NCBI RefSeq assembly: GCF_018977255.1
Contig: NW_024704742.1
Span: forward strand, 66,900,001-66,964,000
Origin: Callorhinchus milii
Lineage: Eukaryota
Direction: 5' to 3'
DNA length: 64,000 nucleotides
The position numbers were made by a program, and so were the translations under genes. The notes under the pieces are model-generated. The model saw only the letters and a list, made by a program, of their open reading frames with translations, had not been told where the DNA came from and made no database searches. This document shows, one piece after another, positions 24,241 to 38,900 of this stretch; position 1 is the first letter of the stretch, and each line of letters starts with the position of its first letter.

Positions 24241-27200
24241 CCTTGAAATGTTTTGCTCTGTTTTAAAGCTTCTATCTGTGTGTGTGTGTTGGGGGATTAT
24301 TAATAATAATCTTCGCATTTGATATAGCGCCTCATCACGTCGTTGAGACGTCTCCAAACGCTTCACGGGTTATACTGTAAAGTGCATCGACTATTTTGTG
24401 GGCGAAATTGAAAAGAAAATATCGACTGTTTTAATCACCAGGTTTGCAATTTAATGATAACCTCAGGCACCCGGCGGAGACTGCCCAGGAGGGTTTGGAG
24501 AGCTTTGTACATAATCTGGTGTATGTTATAGCAACTGTAACGGCTTATCTAAGCAAATACTTTTCCCCCCCCCTTCTTGGTTTAGATCAGAAATGCTGTG
24601 ATGCACATTATTAATTTACAGTGTTCCCTTGTTCTGCCGCAAAGTGCAATTCCACCACACTTGGGTGGTACACACTTGCTCAGCCCATATTAATTACTGC
24701 TTCATGTCCTCTGCCCACTCCATCATTGGCAGTTGACCTTTCGGCTTATCTGCTTCCACCCTCTGGAATTCCACGCCAGAGTCCTTTCACTTCACCCCTC
24801 CCTCACTTTTTTTTAACGTCTGTCTCAAGACTTTTTGACCAAGCTTTCAATCATCTTTGCCAACACCCCCCACCCCCCCCACCTTTTTTTTTGGCTCCCA
24901 TCCTACTGAATCCAACCCTCCATTCTTCAGCACCTTGGCATGTCCTCCCGATGTGAAAGTTGGATGAATGCAATTTATTGCTGGTGGTGGTGTTGGTAGT
25001 TACAATGGAATCTCTCACCTACAGTTAAACAATTTGCTTTCACTCACTCTTGGCAATATTATTCCACTTAGGGAGCTTCTGTGTTTTTTTTGGTTACACA
25101 CAAGGAAACCTGTCACCATGTTTAATGTCCAAGTCGGTCAGAGTTTCAATTGTGTATGCCATCTGTAGATGGAAATTTCCGTGTCTGGAATGGAATGTAC
25201 AAAACAAATACAGTTTATGTGTTGGGAGGACACTCAAAGCGCTTCAAATTCCATATCTATTGGATCAGTGTGAAAGTGCAGTCTCTCTCCGGAGGGACGC
25301 ACCACACTTGCCTAATTCTGGAGTATGGGTGCAGGTTAAGAGCCAAGGTCCGGGGACTCCTATTGGGTGTGTGGTTGGGGAGGGACAGGTGGAGAGGTGG
25401 TAGGTGCGGAGGTGGGGGGGAGGCATGCTCCTGGCATTTAACCAACTAAAACCACTTAACTTTACAATTGACTGCACTGTCTGGCAAGCTTCCAGTTGCT
25501 TGTCCAGCTGAAACCACCCTACCTGTTCGAGCTTTCCCTTGTAATTTATAAACCCAGCATACAATAATTTAATAGCATAGCGTTTATCAGTGCAGCTAGG
25601 AATAGCCAGCTACATTCATTTATTTGTCAATAAATGGAAGGCAATCGGGATATTATCCATTTGTTCCTCTAATTTATTGGTAATTGGAGGATGAGGGAGG
25701 TGGTACAATATAGCAAATAATATCCATTCAAGATATTCTTCTTTTAGCATTCTCCACACTCTGCTGCGTATTGGTAAATACATTTGAGATGGTAAACAAG
25801 TAGGACTTGTCAAAAGTTGTGGGTGGGTTTGTTGTGTTGTTTGGTACCTCTTAATGATTGTTTACTTCATTACGTTTTGAATACCTCTATTTTGTTCTGC
25901 ACAATGGCTTTCAGTGCTCTTCATGCTTGCTTTAAGCAATGTGTTCAGTGTAATTGAGTGCTTATATTTGTTGATAGCCAGATTTGTTGCCTGAGGCATA
26001 TATGATCCTAGTACACACCAGATATTTCTGAGATTCTCTGAGTTGGGAATTGAACTTGGAAATCCACACAACCACAATTTCCTTCCTGTAGCACATTATC
26101 ACGGTGAATAGCATCTATTGTTTGAACCACTTAGCTCTTGATTAAAATCTTTACTTGGAAGAAGGCTCCACTGCTTTGTAATAGTCAGCTTACAGTACTA
26201 GTGAGATGCAGGTGCTAACCTGAATTGGCATGCTAATCAAGTGATCCTTTTTTCATGCAAAGGGTAGTGGCAATCTGGAACTATCATTCCAAAAAGTCTG
26301 ATCCATTCAAATTTTCAAGATTGAGGTGGATAAATTTTTATTAGACAAGGTTATCAAGGGATATGGGGAAAAGGTGGGTATTTGGAGCCATCATCTAATA
26401 GAATGGTAGAACAAGATCGATGGACTGAAGACCTACTCCATTTCCTATTTTCCTGCCTCATCCTGGTTTCTTTTTGGGTGATCTTCACTTGTTTGTATCT
26501 TTCCAATTCCATAATTTCTATGTCAGTGCATTCTGTCCCTCAGGGCTTCCCACAACCTTCTCTTTATCCTTATTTTGTTAGTGCTGTTCATGTGTCACAC
26601 AAACTTGAATGGTGGTGAATGTTAACATTGGCCTACTTCATGTCTTTTCTTCCCCTACACCCTGATCCACAAGTGAGCTTTCAACCATTTTGCCCCTGCT
26701 CTTTGGAACTCCACCCTGAATCCCCTATAACTCAGCTCCTGCCTCCCACCTTAAGATCTATCTTTTCAACCAAGCTTTCAGTCACCTTTCCTTCTGCTCC
26801 TCCTTCCTCAGCTCCCTCCACTTCAGATGCCCAATCAATTTGTGTAATGCCCTCCCGAAGCAAAAGATGCTACTTAAAATAAGGTGGTGGTTGTTGAAAG
26901 CAAATTCCTACCTTGGCTAATTTACACTCCACTAACAGACAAACTTGATGTAACAGTATTTTTCTGCATGTGAAACCATAGTGCAAAGATAATAATAGAT
27001 AATACAAGCAGTTGGTTTCAAAGCTGAGGGCAGTGCAATGACTGGGTCATGTCACTCACGTGAATTTGTGCATTCCAATTTGTGTGATGTGTATTCACTA
27101 ATTTTGAATTTGAGTCTTTTAATTCCATTAAGATAAATAGATTCAGTTTTTATTATTATAAATATAATGTTATGAGATTTTAAAAAAAAAGCTTAACTAT

Positions 27201-30200
27201 ATGAGAATATTGAAAACAAAATCACAGTATTTTAACTGGTTACAAGCATTCGTGCTTTAGTCATGTAAAATTTCCAGTTCACTGTAAATTATTGTTTGAT
27301 CTTTGCTGAACCAGAGAGCTTAATAATTGAGAATGCCCACAAGCACTTGCCATCTTAACTTAACCTTGGATGACTGCTAACAAGACATTCTGGTTTAAGA
27401 GTCTGGAATCTAATTTTGATGCATTTTCATTTCTGTGATGGTTGCTTAAGTCTTACTTAGATTTTAAAATGTGATCAATAGCTAAAAAATTAACAAAAGG
27501 TGGTTGGAGCCATAGAAAATTGCAGCACACAAGCAGGCCGTTTGGCCCATCATGTCTTTGCTGGCTTTTTAAAGAGCAATCCTTTCAGTCCCATTAATAT
27601 CATGTTATGCTACGTCCAAATCCCTAAATGTCCTGGACCTTGGGACGTCCTCCCAACATGATAGGCAGTATATTAATGTAATTTGTTGTCATGTTCTAAG
27701 CCTCCTTTAGGAATCAGTTTATAATTTCTTAGTTCTCAGTGAGGTTCAGGATCTTTTCAAACATCCGGCACTGGTGCATGTTAACAGCATCGCCAGTGAA
27801 CAATTTGCGGACGACTATTTATGGTACTTGTATTTTGAATGTACAGCGATTTGGTTTACAGGCCCTACAGAGAATTTATAGAACTACTGGCTAGGAACAA
27901 TGGGAGTTCAGGGAAAGCTCTGAAACTCCAAGGTGTGCTAACTGACCACACTGTCCGTGTAAGATAAAAGAGTATTTGACTGAGTGGTTGTTATGATGAA
28001 CATCATGTCACGCTTTTCTAGCAAAATATCTGTTCATGCAGTTGAACTGGAAGAACTATGCGTTTCCCTTGGGAAACAAGATAATAAGTTAATGGATAAC
28101 CTTGAGTTAAGTGACTTGGCAGATGATGCAAAGTTTTGTACTGCACAGTATTTTGTTCTACTGCCTGTTTATGTTCTGCAAAAAGAATACACACCTACAG
28201 ATAGTTTAAATCTTAAATTCCAAACGGACAAGTTAATGTGACAATATTATGGAACTATTATAATAAGGAGTTGATTGAATTTCTTTAGGGAATTGATTGA
28301 ATTTCGCAATTTGATTAATTTTATTCAAAAATGTGCCTTTCTTGCCATGACCTTAAGTGACTTTTGAGATTAGGGAAAAGTTAATTTGACGTGTCAGTGA
28401 TAGCTAATTTACAAGATTGTCATTTTAAAGTTTTTGTGAATACACAACAACTTCTGGGTCATCGAGTCATTGCTAACATAATTTTCCGCATACTGATCTA
28501 TGCGCATTTCTTCTCAAGACAAGTGATGCCAGTAGCGCTTCTTGCACATAGCTTGTGTGTATAGGAAGTGACATCAGTGGTGACTGGAATGACTGGAAAT
28601 CGGTCATTTTACTGTGCTTTTTGTTTAATAATGTGAGGTCTGAGATAAAGTGGACCAGTGTCATAAAGAGCTTGTCCTGTGCTAACATAGACAAGAAACG
28701 TGGTAAATTAATTAAATCATTAGCAAAAAGATCAAAGTTACAGACAGATAGACTGGGAAAGAAGAGTCTAGAAAGAGAAGTTAAGGGGACAAAGACCTAA
28801 AAGTAGCAGAGAGATAATTATCCACACTAACTTGAACCAGCTCCAGTGTAGATAAGCAAACCATGCAGGTAATCGCCAGCACATAGAATACAAATTGACT
28901 TCAATGCTAACTCAAAGAATGTTCCATCAGGAGCTCCTGTCTTTGTAGGTACCATGGTGCTGCCAGCTTTTCTCTCAGTATGGCTTCCTCTTTGCCTCAC
29001 ACACAAACTTTCTCAGCCCCCATCATTTATAATCAACATTGTTATAGATATTTGTGTTATTATAAGGTTATACTGGTGTCACGCTATCACACAATGAAAA
29101 CTATATTCTGACTCAGATTTGTGTGGAGGCAGGTGGAACAAAACAATGAATATTTATTGACCTCGGTTGCAATTAGCTGCAATCTTGGGCAGGAAGAATT
29201 GACAAGGTAGGAAACACTGTTTTAAAAGTTCAAGCTACAGAAAGAACTTGCACTGTACCTTTTCATGTTGACATGTCTCAAAGCATTTCACAGATAATTA
29301 CTCTTCTACTTTCGTGAAATAATATTTTAAGTAGCAGTTGTTCAGATTGTGCATTAATTAAGAGTAGAGTTTATCTGAAGCAAACTCTTGTCCACATCTC
29401 TTTAAATGACAAAAAATAGTCTTACATTTGATGCCGTCTTAAAGTGCTTCACAGGATTTATTGTGAAGTGATTGTGTATTTTGTAGATTAATGTGGCAGC
29501 CAATTTGTATACACAGTTACAGTGTTCCACAAACAACCATGAAGTGACCAATTTTATTTGGGGGATTGTTGGCCAGGATACTGGACAAAACTCTCTTTGT
29601 CTTTTGAAATAATATCTTGGGATTTTTAACGTCTGCCTGAAAAGGCAGATGGGATCTTTAGCAGATGGGATGACCTCCAACAATGCAGAACCCCCAGCAC
29701 AACATAGGAGTGTCAGCCTAGACTATCATTTCAAAGCCACAATCTCTCAGTATTTCATCAGCTGTTTAAATGAACTTGCCTTTTGTTTATATTGACAAAG
29801 TAACTTTGTCTACATATGTGTGGGCTGTTGTCACTTTGTTTTAGCGTACAGGATTGTGCCAAAGAGCAAAGAGCAGAAAACAACATCAAATACCAATTGG
29901 CTACTCATGAACAAAGTCTGCCTAGTTTAAAATGCAGAATGTATCAGTTTTCCATTTTAAAGCTGATTTGGCAGTATTTCAGCTTGTATTTCAGAGGCAA
30001 AGATCTTGAAATGGCAGTCAGAAACATTGTAAATTATAAACAAGAAAATTCCCAGATGGAAAAACACATTTGCAGGTTGTCGTGTTAGAATTGATCTTTG
30101 TAGAACACAGGTGGCAATGTGTAGCACCCTCTGGGTATAGTAATTTATACAGTCAGAGCTGCTCTGCAACTGTTATAATCTTGTGTCAAATGGAGTAAAT

Positions 30201-30511
30201 TTAATCCTATCAGTGCCAAATGTGGAATTGTGTTGAATGTTCCTCCTCAAAGGAGATTATTCACAGTAACATTTTATGTTTTTTTAAAAGGCTGTCGAAC
30301 AAAATTATCTTTCAATGTAGTGAGTGCCGATGTTTATTTTTACCTGACATTAATGTCTAACGTGCTTTAAAAATAAATTCTGCTTTCTAATTAAACAAAG
30401 AATTTGAATATTATATCAATATCTCAAAGCATGTGCAACAATTTTTCAACATTACTTTTTGTATGCAAATGTGGCAGTCATTTTGCACATGGCAAGATTC
30501 CACAAACAGCC

Positions 30512-31612
30512 AATACAAAATACAATACAAAATTACATTTGTAAAGCGCCTTTCACGTCGAGAGGATGACCCATTGTGCTGAACAGTCAGGGATTAGGAC
30601 GCGAGTGGGTGGGTGGGGAGGCTGGGATCAGGGAGGTTGGAGGGCAGAGACGGTAGCAGGGTGGCCAAGGGCACAGTCGAAGAGGAGGGTCTTGAGGTGT
30701 TTCTTGAAGGAGGTAAGGGACAGAGCATGACAAAGGGAATGTGGGGTGGGGTTCCAGGTGGTGTGGGCAGAGAGGCTGAAGGTCTGACCTCTGATGGTGG
30801 GGCGGCCCGGGGGACATAGAGCAGGCTGGAAGCTGCTGAGTGGAGGGAGTGGACAGGTTGATAAGGGATTAGCAGGTAAGAGAGCAGAAGGGACAAGGCT
30901 ATGGAGAGCCTTGAAGGTGAGGACAAGAATTTTGAACTCTATCCTCTGAGAGATGGGGAGCCAGTGGAGCCGGGTGAGGATGGGTGTGATGGGGGTACAG
31001 AGCCTGGTGTGGGAGAGGACACAAGCTCCAGAGTTCTGGAGGGTCTGCAGCTTGTGGAGGGAAGGCTGAGAAGTAGGGCGTTGGCATGGTCAAGCGTGGT
31101 TGTAATGAAGGCATGTATGAGGGTTTCGGTGGCCTGAGAGGTGAGGCAGTGGCAGAGTCTGGCAATGTTCTGGAGGTGGGGAAAGGCAGAGCGGATCATG
31201 TCATGGATGTTGGGGTGAACGGACAGTTGAGGGTTGAACAAGATGCCCAGGTTCCTGACTGGCTTGGTGAGGTGGAGTGTGTGTCCTTGGATCCTTGGAT
31301 GCTGATGCTGCCAGTGCCTGAGGTGAGCTCAATCAGGAGAGCTGATGTTCAACTGTAGTACGTTGGCTCTCATCCAGGACTTGATGTTTGACAGACAGTC
31401 TGTCAGGTCGTCGGTAGTCCTGGGGTCGAGGGTGGAGGCAGAGAGGTAGCGTTGGCTGTCATTCGCTTACATGTGGAGGTTGACCCTGTGTCTGCGGATG
31501 ATGCCACCAAGAGAGATCAAGTACAGGTTGAAGAGGAGAGGACAGAGCCCTGAGGAACACCGCGCAAGATGGTGTGGGGGGTGGAGGAGAAGCCATTTGT
31601 GGAGACAAATGA
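30512..31612 (-). mobile_element. Degenerate L2 fragment (RT C-half to tail)
   Basis: HLQNIARL..ETLIHAFITTTLD, degenerate YADD region at about 31460 and PQGSVL at about 31550; tail at 30512-30590. Confidence 0.9.
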
Positions 31613-32320
31613 CCTATTTATGTGTGGGTTGTTGGCCAGGAATCCAGGGGAACTCCTCCTGAAGTGCTCTGAGACGCTGTCCGGCGAGGAGGGTGCTATA
31701 TAAATCCAAGTTATTGTTGTTCTTTTCAGATTGTGTCATAGGATTAAACATGAGCTTTGGTTAGCATCTTGTACAATGGCATCTCCAACATTGCAGTGTT
31801 CTCCTAGTATTGATTTTATTAGAAAGTTAGGACTGGACCTCATACATGAGAGTAAGATAACGTGTACTTGAACGCACGATCTTCTGACCCAAAGGTGATA
31901 TTCTACCAACAGTGTCAAACTGACTTGTAAGATGCAAGACTTGAATGCTTCTTTTTTCTCATAGCCAGTGACCTAACTGGACAAAATGCATTTGAAGATT
32001 TGAAACTTTAGTTTCATTATCAGTTGTGAGAAACTATTATATTGATTTGGAGTACTGTTTAATATACTATAATTAATGTTAAGTATCATTTAATTTTTAT
32101 GTCCAGTTAGCCGTAACCTGGCTCACCTGTCCAGCCCCCAAGGAGTGAACGAACTGATCCTCCTTTTGTTCATTCACATCCCCACCCTTACCACCCCCTT
32201 TACCCCCCAATCCCTCTTCAAAGTGATTTGGGACTTACTTCTGAGGTGAAAGGCACTATATCAATGTAAATTTGTATGGTATTGAATTGTAAAGTGACCA
32301 TTCTTTATTTTGGTTTACAG

Positions 32321-32408
32321 ATTGGTGCAATTCCATTGAACTGTATAGACGTTCAGGAAAAGTTAAACTTTAATTGATTGCAAGCTGACTCAACCAAAGT
32401 TACAGCAG
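32321..32408 (+). other. CTBP1: Candidate non-coding 5' UTR exon (88 nt) of CTBP1
   Basis: Acceptor ttctttattttggtttacag| and donor CAG|gtatgc. No ATG, and all three frames contain stops. It is unique sequence among repeats and resembles my recollection of the CTBP2 non-coding second exon (unverified). Confidence 0.65.
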
Positions 32409-32509
32409 GTATGCCTTCACCTTTATATAGTGTAATTATTACATTGTTTCTGCTCTGTAAGTCCCTGGAGCTGCTATGTAGTGTTGAGTATTCAGTTTGG
32501 TGTGTCAAC

Positions 32510-32915
32510 CTAGTGAGTTTGGTAGCATTCTTGCTTCTGAGTCAGAAGGTTGTGAGTTCAAGCCCATTGTTGGAGCTTGGAGTTCATATCGTCTAAACTG
32601 ACACTCCAATACAATACTGAGAGCTTGCTGCTTTGTTGGAGGTGCCGTCCTTTGAATGAGATGTTAAACTGAGGCCCATCTGTCTGTTTAGGTGCATGTT
32701 AAGGATCCCATAGTGCTTTTCAAAAAGAGAGGGGAGTTTCTCTCAGTGTCGTGGCCAATAGTCGCCCAAATAAAATTGGTCATTCACTTTGTGGCTACTT
32801 CGACATTGCTATGAAACACACGGTCATTCCACTTTACAATATATCCTGCAAATAGATTTAGGATGCCCTCCTAACATGAAAGGTGCTGTGCCAAATGTAA
32901 GGATTATTATTGTTA
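32510..32915 (+). mobile_element. SINE family B
   Basis: Homologous to 61092-61470. Further partial copies at about 19320-19560(+), 29405-29740(-), 31745-31920(-), 40260-40610(-), 49190-49512(-), 51562-51852(+) and 52538-52745(+). Confidence 0.8.
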
Positions 32916-34344
32916 AGTAACATATAAACAAAAAATACACCGTCAGTGTGTAATACTGGAGTGGCGATTGCACTAGTTTGTCTAAAATTATATTATTACA
33001 TTCCATTTACAATGCATTGAAATTGTTACCTTCCTGTATTTTTGATATCCAGAAAAATGTATTTATTTCTAGGCCTATGTAACTGTAGGAGCATTCGTAC
33101 AAAACATCTTTTGTTGGTAGTTTCAGCTTGGAATGACATCCCAACTTTTATTTCCCTGAATCTTTGCTCTGCCAGTACCTCCTCTTTTCCAGTGACTGGT
33201 TTGTACGTAAATTAAGATTCATGCATACGTGGGACTGAGTTAAGCGACCATCAGTCCACAGTGAGTGGTAATGGGCTGTTTGATTACAGCAGATCATTGT
33301 AACCAAACCCAATCCTGTCCTCATCTGACAAGCAAACAAACAAACAGACACCATTTGCAGGAGGGCCTTCGAGAGGGGAGCAGAATGGCTGAAAACTCGA
33401 GCACGAATGGCACTGAATGCATTTCGCTGATGCTGAGAAAAGGAAATTCAGGAACGTCACCTAATGAAGAAAAGGGAAAGGTTAGAAGGAAGATTTTTAC
33501 ACAGAGGATTATTAGAGTAAGGAATATCTTACCATGAATAGTTGTTGAAGCCAAGTCCATGACTACATTTAATAAAGCACTCAATAAATATGTGAAGAAA
33601 CTAATATTTTAGGATATGTGGTGGTGTGTGCTACAAATTCAAGGATTATTTTTATTGTTATGGTTCTATAGTCCTTTTTTGCAAAAAAAAATCCCATCTT
33701 GCTGAAAAATGACTTAATCGAGGCTCAAAAATGTACAAATTGAATGCTTTAGATGAGATTCATCTTGAAATATCAGAATGAAAGAAAAGTTCTGCTTCTT
33801 AAAATACAAATATTCCTCAATCTCAGAATTGCTTGTGTAGGTGGAATAAGCGAAATGCAAAGTAAACCTTCCCCTGAAACTAATGTGAATTTGACTCTAC
33901 ATGTCCACTATACAATGCCATCGCTATGTTCGAGAATGAAAAGAATAATGAGTAATGTTATGAAAGGGAAGAATTAACCATGGGAGTTTAGTTCCCCTTT
34001 AAATTTGCATGTTTATTGTCAAGGGACCAAAATTGTGCATGTACAAAATTGTAATTTCTACTATTTGAACCAAAATACACTGGATTATTGTTGTTTATTT
34101 CGTTCACTAGCCAAAAACTGGCAATGAGCAGGAAGTGGCAGTTCCTGGGCTTGACTCCAATCCATTGTAGTTTTATTCTGAAAATTTTTCAAGATATATT
34201 GTTTTTTCAGAATCTCTGCTGGAGTTGTGTGAGGATACCTGATTACATTGACCATTTAGCCTGATCTAAACGCATCCAATCATTGCATCTGATTTTTAAA
34301 AATCTTAACAAACATTGTGTCCATGAACTACTTTTTATAAAACT

Positions 34345-34520
34345 AATAATAATCCTTGCATTTGATATAGCGCCTTATCAGGTTGAGATGTCTCAAAGCG
34401 CTTCACAGAATATACTGTAAAGTGAATTGACTATTTTGTGGGTGCAACACGGCAGCCAATTGTGCAAAGCAGTGTCTCACAAACAGTCGTGGATTGAATG
34501 ACCAAACTATTATTGTTTTT
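34345..34520 (-). mobile_element. SINE family A 3' half
   Basis: Tail plus Deu-like core. Similar tail-only pieces at about 6478-6585, 11557-11670, 16885-17015, 24298-24408, 35020-35252, 54170-54263 and 55558-55705. Confidence 0.8.
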
Positions 34521-35949
34521 TTAAAATTTTTTGAAAAGTTTGTTTTTTGATGACAGGTAGGACTTAAGTTAGACGCCAGACATGATGCTTGCAGATAAGA
34601 AAAATACAATAATGGTGCATGCCACCCACTGTATATCAAAGAACAATAGAAGTGTATTCTTTAATGTTTTTTGAGGGGTAAATACAAATAGAAGTTTGTG
34701 CAAGTCTGATTGCCAATTGGTTTCCTCCACCAACAGACGAGGTCATGCTGGCAACCTTTCAAATATGCAGCTGTTTCAAAAAATGCAAGCACATGGTTTC
34801 TAAAGCTGCAGTAATCTTTCACAGCAGACCTCTAGTGAATAGCAGGTCAGTTTTTGTACCCTCAAAGAAACTAACCAGTGAGACATTTCACAGGAGGGCC
34901 ATCAATAAACAACTGTTATACAGCTTCTCCGCATTTATTTCCTGGAATCCGCCGTGCTCCATTGTGAATCCAGTTGCGCAATTTCAACAACAACTTGCAT
35001 TTATATAGCGCCCTTCATAGGAACCCAGTTGTTTATCGATTGGCGGATCACTTTCCGGGAGTAATAATTCCTCAAAAAAAAAACATTTGGTCACTGAATC
35101 CACGACTGTTTATGGGACAGTGCTGTGTGCAATCAATTGCCAGATTTCACTCACAAAATATAGTTAATTCAATTTACAGTATATTCTATGAAGCGCTGAG
35201 ACATCTCAATGACATGATAAGGCACTAAATCAAATGCAAGGATTATTATTATACTTCATGGTTATCTAAAAATTCCACAGTTTTAGATCCCTTTTATTAG
35301 ATCATAATAAATGTTGGTACTGCAAAACGCATAAGAATGATGTATGTATAAAGCACAATGTGACAAGATCTTTAATATTGCTAAAAATGTTCTGTTCATT
35401 ATCCTTGCGATATTTGAGAGATTTGAAACTAGAATGGGGAAATGAGTCTAGTGTTATTCACTCACTACATTTATACTGCACAATGGATGCTGCATGAAAA
35501 AATGAAAAACATCGTCATTAATCTTACTTCATACCAAAATTTACCATACATATTTTTTAATAAGTTATTGTAAGTGTACAAACCATCTGCACCACCTAGA
35601 TGCATTTTGTTTTCATCAGCTGGGTGCCTGACATGTGAAGGACAAATTGATAGACTTCCACATATGTATGTCACCTACACATGGAAATTTCCCTGTGCCT
35701 GGAATGGAATGCGCGCTCGCTCCCCAGAGGCACACACCCTGCTTATCTAATTCTGGAGAGTACAAGATGCGAGTTAGCAAAAGCCAAGACATGGGGCTCT
35801 CAGGCCGGTTTGAAGTTGCCCCATTATTGTCTTTGGAGCCACATGGGGAATCTGCTTGTCAGTTATATAACCTCGCAGGAAGGCGAGTGCCATTTGAAGA
35901 ACTCTATGGCTGGAAGGAAACACTAATTTTCCTAAAGAAAATTCTTGCT

Positions 35950-38900
35950 GATTAACTGAGCAGAGAGCCCAGCAATATGAGGAGGGAGCTAAGTGAGATG
36001 GAACAGAGTGAGAATTCTGTTAAGGAACTTGGTGAGAGTGGGAATTCGGTGCAGAGGTGGAAAAAGGTGCTTAATTATAAAATATATAATAATTATATTA
36101 AAAATATAAAACATGTCTGAGAATATGGCAAGGCAGCTGAGACTTGTTGCATGCACAATGGGTGCCATGTGGGAACTCCAGGATGTTTTGTGTGCCCTGG
36201 ACAGACACCTGTGTAGGAAGAGCCTCTGGCTGCTCTAGTTTGAGCTCAGGGTTTCTGAGCTCGAGGAGAGGCTGGTATCACTACATAGCATAAGGAAGGC
36301 TGATGGGTTCATAAATTGAACATTTCAGGAGGTGGTCACCCCACAGCCACAGAGGGTTCAGAAGAAGAATGTGTGGGTGATCACCAGGCTTGGTAAGAAG
36401 AGGGGCCAGGAAGTGCAGAAATCCTCTGAGTGTGTGGCACTCACAAACCAGTTCTCTGTACTGAATACTGGCCAGGGTGATGACACCTCTGGGGAGGGGA
36501 GTCAAAAGAAAATGGATGCACAGGGGGCCCCAAGGAAGACTGTCAATGCAGTTGTCATTGGGGACACAATGATGAAAGTTGTAGACGGGCATTTCTGCAA
36601 CCAAAGATGTTACTTTCGCATGGTATGTTGCCTCCCCAGTGCCAGGGTTGAAGACATCACTGAATGGGTGCAAAATGTTCTACAGGAGGAAGGGGAACAT
36701 CCATAAGTCGTGGTCCATGTTGGGATCCATGACATAGGGAAAAAAAGGGCTGAGATCCTACAGGGAGAGTATCAGAAGCTAGGGAAAAAGCTAAAGAGTA
36801 GGACCTCAAAAGGTGGTGATCTCTGGATTACTCCCAGTGCCTCGTGCAAGTGAGTATCAAAACAGAAGGGTCAAATACATGAATGCATGACTGGAAAAAT
36901 TGTGCAGAAAGGGGGGCTTCAGGTTCCTGGATCATTGGGACCATTTCTGGGGCAGGTGGGACCTGTACAAGGTGGATGGGTTACACCTGAACAGTACTGG
37001 GACCAATGTCCTTGCAGGGAGGCTAGCTAGTGCTGTGGGGAAGGGTTTAAACTAATTTTGAGGGGTGAAGGGAATCAGGATGTAGCATTTGAGAGGACAA
37101 ACAATTTACATAGAAGGCTGGGAGAGACGAATAGCAATTTAATAAAGGAGTAGTCCAGAAAAAGGAGGTATTAGACAGGGGAGAAATGCAGAGCAGACTC
37201 GGTCAGTCTTGGAGTGCATGTGTGTAAATGCATGGAGTGTGACAAATAAGATTGGTGAGCTGCAGCCTGAAGTTATCACATGGGGTTATGACATAGTAGC
37301 AACAACGGAGACCTGGCTCAAACAAGGGCAGGAATGGGAGCTGAATATTCCTGGCTATTCAGGAGGGTTAGGGAAGGAAAAAAAGGAGGGGGTTGGCAAT
37401 ATTGATTAAAGACACAGTTATGGCCCTGCAAAAGGATGATGTGCTAGAGGATCCAAAAACAGAATATATTTGGTTAAAGTTAAGTAGCAGAAAAAGAGCT
37501 GTTAGTCTGTTAGGTGTAGACTATAGACCATCAAATAGTGGGAAGGAGATAGACGAGCAAATCTACAAGCAGATTTCAGAAAGATGCGAAACTAATAGAG
37601 TAGTGATAATGGAGGACTTCAATTATCCTAATATAGAGTGACAAAGTAACAGAGTAAAGACCAAAGAGGGGAAATCATTCTGGAAATGTGTGCAGGATAA
37701 CTTTCTGGATTAGTATGTTTCCAGCCCAATGAGGAAGGAAGCAGCGCTGGATCTAGTTCTAAGGAATGAATTGGAGCAGGTTTCAGTAGGAGAGCATGTG
37801 GACAACAGTGATTACAACATCATTACATTTAGAGTACTTATGAAAAGGGACAAGGAGCAATCAAAGGTGAAGATACTTAACTGGAAGAGGGTTAATTTCA
37901 GTGAGTTAAAAAGGTGGACTGGAAAGAAAGATTGGCAGGTAAAACATCTTAACGAGCAATGGGAAGCATTCAAGGAGGAGATAGTTCAGGGCAGAACAAA
38001 TACATTCCTACAAAAGGGAAAGTTAGGCATCCAAACCTCCCTGGATGAATAAGGAAATTGGGATTAAAATAAAACAGACAAAGGCTGCTTATGATAAATG
38101 TCAGGTTGAAAGTACAGAAGATAATTAAATGGAATATAGAAAGTACAGAGGAGAACTGAAAAAGGAAATAAGACAGGCAAAGAGGTTGTATGAGAAAAGA
38201 TTAGCGGGTAATATAAAAGGGAACCCTAAAATATTTTATAAGCATACAAAGAATAAAAGGTTAGTCAAAGGTAAGGAGGGTCCAATTAGGGACCAAAGAG
38301 GAAATCCTCTTGTGGAGCATGGCTGATGTACTGAATGAGTACTTTGCATCTGTCTTCACAAAAGAAGAGGATGCAGCCAATGCCACAGTATCGGAGGCGA
38401 GGGTAGAGAAATTGGATAACAAGAATAAGCCGAATGGAAAGGTTGACGGTGCTCAAGGTAGATAAGTCACCCGGTCTGGACGGGATGCATCCTTGGTTAC
38501 TGAGGGAAGTAAGGGTGGAAACAACGGAGGCTCTGGTCACAATCTTTCAATCTTCCTTGGACACCGGGGTGGTGTCAGAGAACTGGAGGGTTGCAAATAT
38601 TACTCCCCTGTACAAAAAGGGACAGAAGGATAAACCCGGGAACTACAGGCCAGTCAGCCTAACATCAGTAGTGGGGAAACCTCTGGAGACTATAATCAGG
38701 GACAAAATAAATTTTCACTTAGAAAGATATGGGTTAATAAAGGACAGTCAACACGGATTTGTTAAAGGTAAATCATGTCTAACAAACCTGATCGAGTTTT
38801 TTGATGAAGTAATGGAAAGGATGGATGAAGGTAGTGCAGTTGATGTAGTTTATATGGATTTTCAAAAGGCGTTTGATAAAGTGCCAAATAAGAGACTTGT

